Shown: piece after piece, positions 57,797 through 64,000 of the stretch
How positions within the stretch are numbered: position 1 is the stretch's first letter
Layout of the letters: every line of letters starts with the position of its first letter
Source: Lachnospiraceae bacterium
GTDB lineage: Bacteria; Bacillota; Clostridia; Lachnospirales; Lachnospiraceae
Reading direction: 5' to 3'
NCBI GenBank assembly: GCA_045546775.1
Contig: JAZQDM010000063.1
Coordinates: 25,864 to 89,863 of the forward strand
DNA length: 64,000 nt
Notes under the pieces: generated by a model
What the model was told of the DNA's origin: nothing
The model's input: the letters and a program-made list of their open reading frames with translations, nothing else
Database searches by the model: none
Position numbers and translations under genes: made by a program

Positions 57797-58307
57797 TATT
57801 TTTTAGTCCCAGTACGATAGCCGGAATGAGCAAAATGTGGCAGACAATACCCGGTAGCGCATTGGTGAATGCGGCTGCAACAAAAACAGAAAATGTAAAA
57901 TCCATATGGATAAGTGGGTAAATGAAAAACGCACAAATGCCCCACACAAACCGCCCTAAAAGCATAGATATAAACAAGGACAAATAAAGGTTAGCGGTTG
58001 TTTTTTTGAGTGTTTTGTACAGCAATCCGGCAAAAAATCCGTAAGCAGCAAGTTCAAAAGCCATACAGATACCGTTTGGAATAACCGGTGGTGCACCAAA
58101 AAGAATATAGCGTAACAGAGGGGCAAAAAAACCTACCACCGCCCCATATTGCCAACCGCACAAAAAACCGCAAAGCAAAACCGGGATATGCATCAGACAA
58201 AGTTTGTTTCCGACAGCCGGAATCTGCCCGGACAAAAACGGAAGCAGAAAGCAAAGTGCGAGACAAACGCCGGAAAATACTAAATTTTTTGTGGTTACTT
58301 TTTTCAT
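57768..58307 (-). CDS. ECF-transporter S component (substrate unknown)
   Basis: 179 aa, about 6 TMs. Pattern LCLMHIPVLLCGFLCGWQYGAVVGFFAPLLRYILFG resembles ThiW/QueT-type S components. Overlaps the kinase start. Confidence 0.6.
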   Translation of the reverse strand: MKKVTTKNLVFSGVCLALCFLLPFLSGQIPAVGNKLCLMHIPVLLCGFLCGWQYGAVVGFFAPLLRYILFGAPPVIPNGICMAFELAAYGFFAGLLYKTLKKTTANLYLSLFISMLLGRFVWGICAFFIYPLIHMDFTFSVFVAAAFTNALPGIVCHILLIPAIVLGLKNSETKGRTHG

Positions 58308-58491
58308 AAGACCCTCCGTGGGCGGATATATCGTAAATAACTATCCTCTATTTTATTGCATAATGATACAAACATTTTATAGGAAAAGTGTGTGTATGAC
58401 AATAAATGTGTGAAGAAAAATGAAATGGAATGAATAGGGATGGAAAATTTTACGCATACTAGTTATGAAAAAAAGTTAAGGAGGGACACAT

Positions 58492-58677
58492 ATGTCTAAT
58501 ATTTCTGAATTAGAATTACAAAACCTTCGTCATCTCATTGGTGGCTATGACACATCTATGGCAAAAATGGAAGAGTACGCGAACTGTGCAACAGACCCGC
58601 AGATCAAACAGTTTTTCCAGAAAGGTGCGCAGACTGCACGCGAGAACAAACAGACATTGATGAAATTTTTGCAGTAA
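58492..58677 (+). CDS. Small helical protein paired with the CotF-like gene
   Basis: AAGGAGGG RBS. 61 aa. Confidence 0.5.
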   Translation: MSNISELELQNLRHLIGGYDTSMAKMEEYANCATDPQIKQFFQKGAQTARENKQTLMKFLQ

Positions 58678-58720
58678 TTTTTGAAAGAATAAAAGTGAAG
58701 AGAGGAGCATAACGATTATT

Positions 58721-58975
58721 ATGCAGGAAAAAGTAATTGTGAATGATACACTTGCAAGTATCAACGGAGAATTGGTTCGTTTCAGTGAAATGATTCCACA
58801 GACAGAAAATAAAGAATTGAAACAGACATTAAAACAGTTCAGAAATGCATGTGAAATGTCTCAGGAAGAGCTTTATCAGATGGCACGAGAAAAATCTTAT
58901 TATGTGCCGGCGGCAAAAGCAACTGAGGATGAAATTAAACATGTAAAAAGTCTTTTTACACAGAGCCTTTTGTAA
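58721..58975 (+). CDS. Spore coat protein F-like
   Basis: 84 aa. VNDTLASINGE...ENKELKQTLKQFRNACEMSQEELYQMAREKSYY resembles the Coat_F pattern. Confidence 0.55.
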   Translation: MQEKVIVNDTLASINGELVRFSEMIPQTENKELKQTLKQFRNACEMSQEELYQMAREKSYYVPAAKATEDEIKHVKSLFTQSLL

Positions 58976-58994
58976 TAGTTAGTTTTTAGGTAGA

Positions 58995-59038
58995 TTCCGA
59001 AATGTGTACAAATTCGAACATATTTCGGAATTTTTTTT
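58995..59038 (+). terminator. Intrinsic terminator
   Basis: TTCCGAAATGTG-loop-CACATATTTCGGAA-type stem followed by T8. Confidence 0.8.
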
Positions 59039-59164
59039 ACTTTTTGCCAAAATATTTGTATTTTTCTGCGCTTTTTTGTGGAAAATGTTGATTTTATGCA
59101 TAAAAAAGGGTAAAATTATATTGCGTGACCTATGATGTGAATACGGAAAATGCGGAGGTGTCGC

Positions 59165-62137
59165 ATGGGAAGAGTTGAGAGCTTAGAGGAAAAGAGAACG
59201 GTAGAGGTGTGTCCAATCACCGGTCTTCCCTTCAGACGTGATTTCTTAAACAGAGTAGGAGAACAGTTGGATGAGGTTGCTCAGGACAGCTATTGTATGA
59301 TTGCGATAGATTTGGAGCATTTTAGGCTGTTTAATAAAATATATGGGCGGGACGAAGGAGATATATTGTTAGGAAATATAGGTTCCTTACTGGAAACGCT
59401 CGCACAGGAACGAAATGGACAGGCCGGATATGTTGGTGGTGACAATTTTGGGCTGTTTATTCCGTATGATATGAAAGTGATTTCCAAATTAAAACGGGAT
59501 ATTATCAAAAACATCAATAAGTGGAGTATGACCGGATATCTTCCGGCAATTGGTGTTTATTGTGTGGATGATACAAGTGTTTTGCCGGCAACGATGTATG
59601 ACAGGGCAAGCATGGTGTTGCCAAAAGCAATTGGCAACTATGCAAAGCGGATTCATGTGTATGACCCGTCTGTGGAACAAAAAGTGGAAGAAGAATTGAA
59701 GATGCTTGCAGAAATTCAGCAAGGTCTTGAAAAAGAAGAGTTTACTTTTTTTGCACAGCCACAGTGTGATATTGCAACCGGAAAGATTGTTGGTGCAGAA
59801 TCGCTTGTAAGATGGCAACACGGAACAAAAGGACTCATTCCGCCCGGTGTTTTTATTCCTGTCTTGGAAAAAAACGGATTTATTGCAAATTTGGACAGAT
59901 ATGTGTGGCGAAAAGTATGTGAATGGCTTAGAAGCTGGATAGACAGAGGATATCATCCGGTGCCCATTTCCATTAATGTTTCGCGCATTGATATTTATTC
60001 TATGGATGTGCCGACTTATTTGTTGGAGTTGACACGTACTTACAATTTACCAACCAAATTGTTGAAGGTTGAGATTACAGAAAGTGCTTATGCAGAGAGC
60101 AACGAGAGAATCGTCGAGGCGGTTATGCGCCTTAGGAATGATGGTTTTCTTGTTATGATGGACGATTTCGGAAGCGGATATTCGTCTTTGAATATGCTCA
60201 AAAGCGTGGCGGTGGACGTGATTAAGCTTGATATGCGTTTCCTTGATATCAATGAGGCAGAGGAACAAAAAGGTATTGATATTTTGGAATCAGTAGTTAG
60301 TATGGCGCGCAATATGGGACTTCCTATTATTGTGGAAGGTGTGGAAACGCAGAAACAGGAAAAGTTTTTGATGGGTCTTGGATGTCGCTATACACAAGGA
60401 TTTTATTATTACAGACCGCTTCCAATCAATCAGTTTGAAGAGCTGCTTTCGGATGAGCGCAACTTGGATTTTGATGGAATTTGGTGCCGTCAGGTGGAAG
60501 ACATTCACGTTCGTGAATTGATGGATACGAATCAGTTTAGTGATGTATTGCTCAATAATATTCTCGGTGCGGTTGCTTTTTATGATTTGTATGAAAATAG
60601 CATTCAGATTACAAGAGTAAACGAAAAGTATTTTATGCTTGCAGGCATAAATCCCACAGAAGAAGGTGTGGAAAACCGCAAAGTATGGAGTCATGTGCGT
60701 GATGATGACAGAATGCTTTTGTTCTCTATTTTTGAAAAAGCGTATGAAAATCCGATAAATGGCGCGGATGGTTACATCCATTTTATGCGCGAAGACGGTA
60801 AGGTACTTTGGGTTTATATGAGAGCCTTTTTCCTGCGGGAGCAAAATGGGCACAAAATATATTACAGTTCCCTGATTGACATGACCGGTAAGTCGAAAAA
60901 GACGAAAGTTTTGACCGGAGTGGATGCAAAACCGATGCTTGACTTGCCGGAAAAACAAAAGGATATCATGGAGTACTATTACAGTGATATGCCGTTTGGA
61001 TATTGCCTTGTCAAAGTTTTGGCAGATGAGAATGAGAATGCCACGGATTATGAAATTGTATATGCAAACCGCGAGTTGGAAATGATTTCCGGTGAAGGAG
61101 AAAATCGTATTCGAAAAATGATTTCCCAGATTTTTTCAGAAAGCCGAAATGCGATGTTAGATAAGGCATATTGTGTTGCTTATCTTGGCGAGCGCATTAA
61201 CCAAAAGGTCTACAATCCGGTGTCGGGACATTATTTGCAGTTGTCCCTTTATCAGTTCCAGACAGGTTATCTGGCTTGTATGGTGCGTGATGTAACGCAC
61301 AGAGAGATTTATGAGGGTGCTTTAAACAGCATTATGCATTCCTATCGTGAAGTGTATTATGTGCATCTGGAGGACAATTATTGCCGTATGCTTTATCCGG
61401 ATGAGGAACATTTGTTAGAGCGCGGTAATTACGAAGAGATTATCAATCGTCATTATGGTACGGGCAAAATTGTAAAGTATGATGTAGATAATGTACGACG
61501 CTTTTTGTCTTTGGAAAATTTGCGAGAAGTTTTGCGCTATCAGGATGGAGCGGAGTATTCTTATAAACGCACAAGAAAAGACGGCAGCGCAGAGTGGTGT
61601 CTAAGCAGTTTTACGGTTAGTGAGAGAGATCAGTATGGCATGCCACGTGCAGCGATTTTGATGATTCGAAGCATTGATGATATCATCAAGCAAAATCAGG
61701 ACAAAAAGAGACAGCGTGTGGCAGAATCACTTGCCAGCATGTCGGATGGATTCTTTGTATATTCTGCCGGCGAAGAACAAGAGATTTTGTATGCCAATCC
61801 AAAAGTAGTGCAAATATTCGGATGTGACACGACAGAAGAGTTTATGGAACTTGTACATGGTTCTTTTAAAGGAATGGTACATCCCGATGACTATAACCGC
61901 ATTGAGTGGGAAATTCAGGACCAGATAGAGCATTCCGAAAAGAAGATGGATTATATCCAATATCGCATTACGCGCAAGGATGGAGAAATCCGTTGGCTGG
62001 ATGACTACGGACACTTGGAACCGGCATGTATTGGCGGTGAAGAAGGTGTGTTTTATGTATTTATTTCCGATATTACTGACAAAATATCGCAAATCCAGCA
62101 GGATAAGCTGATTCAGCAAAATAAGCATTACAATTAA
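59165..62137 (+). CDS. Degenerate-GGDEF / EAL phosphodiesterase with C-terminal PAS-like domains
   Basis: GGDNF in place of GGDEF. EAL-domain blocks ESLVRW, EITES, DDFGSGYSSL, KLD, EGVETQKQ. C-terminal about 550 aa with PAS-like repeats. GGAGG RBS favours ATG 59165. Confidence 0.85.
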   Translation: MGRVESLEEKRTVEVCPITGLPFRRDFLNRVGEQLDEVAQDSYCMIAIDLEHFRLFNKIYGRDEGDILLGNIGSLLETLAQERNGQAGYVGGDNFGLFIPYDMKVISKLKRDIIKNINKWSMTGYLPAIGVYCVDDTSVLPATMYDRASMVLPKAIGNYAKRIHVYDPSVEQKVEEELKMLAEIQQGLEKEEFTFFAQPQCDIATGKIVGAESLVRWQHGTKGLIPPGVFIPVLEKNGFIANLDRYVWRKVCEWLRSWIDRGYHPVPISINVSRIDIYSMDVPTYLLELTRTYNLPTKLLKVEITESAYAESNERIVEAVMRLRNDGFLVMMDDFGSGYSSLNMLKSVAVDVIKLDMRFLDINEAEEQKGIDILESVVSMARNMGLPIIVEGVETQKQEKFLMGLGCRYTQGFYYYRPLPINQFEELLSDERNLDFDGIWCRQVEDIHVRELMDTNQFSDVLLNNILGAVAFYDLYENSIQITRVNEKYFMLAGINPTEEGVENRKVWSHVRDDDRMLLFSIFEKAYENPINGADGYIHFMREDGKVLWVYMRAFFLREQNGHKIYYSSLIDMTGKSKKTKVLTGVDAKPMLDLPEKQKDIMEYYYSDMPFGYCLVKVLADENENATDYEIVYANRELEMISGEGENRIRKMISQIFSESRNAMLDKAYCVAYLGERINQKVYNPVSGHYLQLSLYQFQTGYLACMVRDVTHREIYEGALNSIMHSYREVYYVHLEDNYCRMLYPDEEHLLERGNYEEIINRHYGTGKIVKYDVDNVRRFLSLENLREVLRYQDGAEYSYKRTRKDGSAEWCLSSFTVSERDQYGMPRAAILMIRSIDDIIKQNQDKKRQRVAESLASMSDGFFVYSAGEEQEILYANPKVVQIFGCDTTEEFMELVHGSFKGMVHPDDYNRIEWEIQDQIEHSEKKMDYIQYRITRKDGEIRWLDDYGHLEPACIGGEEGVFYVFISDITDKISQIQQDKLIQQNKHYN

Positions 62138-62172
62138 AAACAATAACGGATGACAGGAGAAGGAGGAATTCG

Positions 62173-62469
62173 ATGGAAAGAATCAAATGCAAAAGAGCGA
62201 GCTTTGAGGTAGAGGCAATCAAATATGAAATCGGCAAAGATTTGGAAGACGGTTTTGAAGCGTGGTCTAAAGTAGTTACCCATGGCTGGGTTGTGACCGA
62301 AGGGCTTGTAAAAATTACAAGAGAGGACGGCATGATTGTTTGTCCCTTTATCCAGAACCGAAGAGGTGTTGTTTTCATTAGAGAAGGCGACTATATTATC
62401 TATGAAGATGGTGGCGAACGCCATTGTTGCGGCGAGGACAAGTTCCACAATCGTTTTCAGGTACTGTAG
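62173..62469 (+). CDS. Hypothetical 98-aa protein
   Basis: Strong GAAGGAGG RBS. No recognisable motif. Confidence 0.5.
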   Translation: MERIKCKRASFEVEAIKYEIGKDLEDGFEAWSKVVTHGWVVTEGLVKITREDGMIVCPFIQNRRGVVFIREGDYIIYEDGGERHCCGEDKFHNRFQVL

Positions 62470-62532
62470 ACATTTGAGCGAAAACAAGTTATAATAGCTA
62501 GGTAGATGTATGACAAGAAAGGTGGTAACGCT

Positions 62533-62643
62533 ATGTTTATAGTATTGGCAGGCGGTTTGTTAGTAATCATCGTTGCAGTGATTGTTGCGGTAGTGTCTTC
62601 CGTAGTTTCTGCTGTGGCCGCCAATGAAGATATAGAGGATTAA
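62533..62643 (+). CDS. 36-aa hydrophobic peptide with acidic tail (not in ORF track)
   Basis: AAAGGTGG RBS 7 nt before ATG. MFIVLAGGLLVIIVAVIVAVVSSVVSAVAANEDIED. Its own terminator follows. Confidence 0.4.
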   Translation: MFIVLAGGLLVIIVAVIVAVVSSVVSAVAANEDIED

Positions 62644-62678
62644 AATACGCTGTTGCGCGTTGAAAACAAGAGAAAGAG

Positions 62679-62713
62679 GGAGTCTGTTGCCGGGAGGCAG
62701 TCAGGCTCCTTTT
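62679..62713 (+). terminator. Intrinsic terminator
   Basis: GGAGTCTGTTGCC-ggga-GGCAGTCAGGCTCC followed by TTTT. Confidence 0.7.
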
Positions 62714-62723
62714 GAGGTGTAAT

Positions 62724-63545
62724 ATGTTACGGGTTAATCGGGAAAAAGTGCAGAAAGTGTTTGCGGATTATGTGGAACACTATAACAGCAAAGATGAAAA
62801 AGTAAAGTTAAAAATTGTGCATACATACCGCGTGGCGGATTTAAGTGAACAGATTGCACAGAGCATCGGTTTAAATAGTGCGGAGAAAGATTTGGCGTGG
62901 CTTATCGGTATGCTTCATGATATCGGCAGATTTGAACAATTAAAAAATTACGGCACATTTATTGATGCACAGTCCATTGACCATGCAGCGTACGGTACGG
63001 ACATTTTGTTTGAACAAGGTGTAATCCGCGATTACGTGGACAGTACGGAAGAGGATGAGCTGATAGAAACGGCAATCCGCTGTCACAATGTTTATCGTAT
63101 TCCGGAGGAGTTGGATGCACGCGCGGAAATGTTTTGTCAGATTTTGCGGGATGCGGATAAAATAGATATTTTGAAAGTGAATGTGGATTTTCGGTTGGAA
63201 GACATTTACAATGTGACGTCAGAGGAACTTCGCAACGCCCAGGTGTCAGAAGCGGTGCTGGAGAGCTTGAAGGAACATCAGGCGACACTTCGAAGCTTGA
63301 AACAGACAAGCGTAGATCATGTAGTAGGACATATATCTCTGGTGTTTGAGCTGGTGTACCAAAAAAGTCTTGAGATTGTCTTGGAGCAGGGGTATCTGGA
63401 TAAGCTTCTGAATTTCCGGTCGGACAACCCAAAAACCATGGATCAGTTTAAAAAAATCCGCAGCGAAATGGAACGATATATTGCAAAAAACAGATATGAA
63501 ACAAATGAAATAATAAAAAGGAAAAGGAGAGAAGCTTATGAGTAG
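62724..63545 (+). CDS. HD/HDIG-domain metal-dependent phosphohydrolase
   Basis: GMLHDIGRFEQ (HDIG) and LRDADKIDIL blocks. GAGGTG RBS before ATG 62724. Confidence 0.8.
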   Translation: MLRVNREKVQKVFADYVEHYNSKDEKVKLKIVHTYRVADLSEQIAQSIGLNSAEKDLAWLIGMLHDIGRFEQLKNYGTFIDAQSIDHAAYGTDILFEQGVIRDYVDSTEEDELIETAIRCHNVYRIPEELDARAEMFCQILRDADKIDILKVNVDFRLEDIYNVTSEELRNAQVSEAVLESLKEHQATLRSLKQTSVDHVVGHISLVFELVYQKSLEIVLEQGYLDKLLNFRSDNPKTMDQFKKIRSEMERYIAKNRYETNEIIKRKRREAYE

Positions 63546-64000
63546 TTTTGAAAATCTTCGTGTGGTAGATAATTTCTATCAAACCTCGCTGTTTTTCCCG
63601 ATGCCTACTGTTATTATTAGTACGCTTTGTGAGGACGGTACAACAAACTTGGGACCGTATTCTTTGGTGCAGCCTTATTACGTTGCCGGTAAGGACTATT
63701 ATGCCATGTTACTTTGTTGCCGTAATTCCTCCAATACGGCCCAAAATATTCTCCGCACCGGAAAGTGTGCAATTAACTTTATCGATGATAAACCAAAGAC
63801 GTTTAAAGAGGCTGTGAAATTATCCTGGCCGGGTGATAAGCCAAGTGAGAAAATGCCAAAATGTAATTTTAAATTGGAAACAAGTATGATAGAAGAAGAA
63901 ACCGGCGAAAAAAGGCCCATGGTTTTGACCGATGCAATTGAGGCAATTGAATGTACTTGGATGCGTCAGTTGGACGGGGCAGATAAGGATATGCCGGGCG
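63538..64000 (+). CDS. Flavin-reductase-like (FMN-binding split-barrel) protein, 3'-truncated by the window end
   Basis: Frame stays open from ATG 63538 to the window end. MPTVIISTLCEDGTTNLGPYS pattern. 8-nt overlap with the HD gene stop. Confidence 0.55.
   Translation, partial: MSSFENLRVVDNFYQTSLFFPMPTVIISTLCEDGTTNLGPYSLVQPYYVAGKDYYAMLLCCRNSSNTAQNILRTGKCAINFIDDKPKTFKEAVKLSWPGDKPSEKMPKCNFKLETSMIEEETGEKRPMVLTDAIEAIECTWMRQLDGADKDMPG

Noticed and set aside
58308-58440. Possible riboswitch (preQ1, TPP or THF type) in the leader of the ECF S-component gene
   Set aside because: The minus-strand leader is only about 65 nt. It contains AGAGGATAG but none of the conserved cores I can recall for those classes, so only a covariance-model scan could revive this.
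1-64000. Search for CRISPR arrays, tRNA/rRNA genes, IS elements, integrases, toxin-antitoxin pairs or known defence enzymes
   Set aside because: I found no repeat-spacer periodicity, cloverleaf-like intergenic sequences, transposase or recombinase motifs, or nuclease/helicase/methylase signatures. Absence is by eye only.

Overview
Chromosomal segment of an endospore-forming, moderately AT-rich Firmicute; gene content and codon usage look Clostridia/Lachnospiraceae-like. About 60 genes, mostly core housekeeping: ileS behind an Ile T-box leader, pncB, glgP, an aconitase-family hydratase, ddl-murF, pyrC-pyrK-pyrD, ispE, murI, cls, asnS and plsC. Sporulation genes are spoVT, spoIID plus a degenerate-LytM SpoIIQ-like gene, a SipL-like DUF3794/LysM gene and a CotF-like pair. 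I saw no rRNA, tRNA, CRISPR array, transposase/integrase or recognisable phage-defence enzymes. The strongest lead is a textbook class-I c-di-GMP (GEMM-I) riboswitch core at about 39.6 kb. It has its own promoter and terminator and sits ahead of an AT-rich block of uncharacterised membrane-anchored proteins (39.7-41.9 kb). Second is a six-gene minus-strand operon (10.6-15.8 kb) plus a divergent gene, holding four zinc-ribbon membrane proteins, a tandemly duplicated YARHG/zinc-ribbon module and a cell-wall amidase. Other leads: two sigma-28 (SigD)-like promoters ahead of unknown proteins, an AT-rich Lnt-like acyltransferase gene, a LytTR/DUF3021 pair, two MBOAT O-acyltransferase pairs, a lipoprotein version of trigger factor, a GGDEF(degenerate)-EAL protein with C-terminal PAS domains, and an unannotated 36-aa hydrophobic peptide gene. 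All family assignments come from motifs read by eye; no database search was run.
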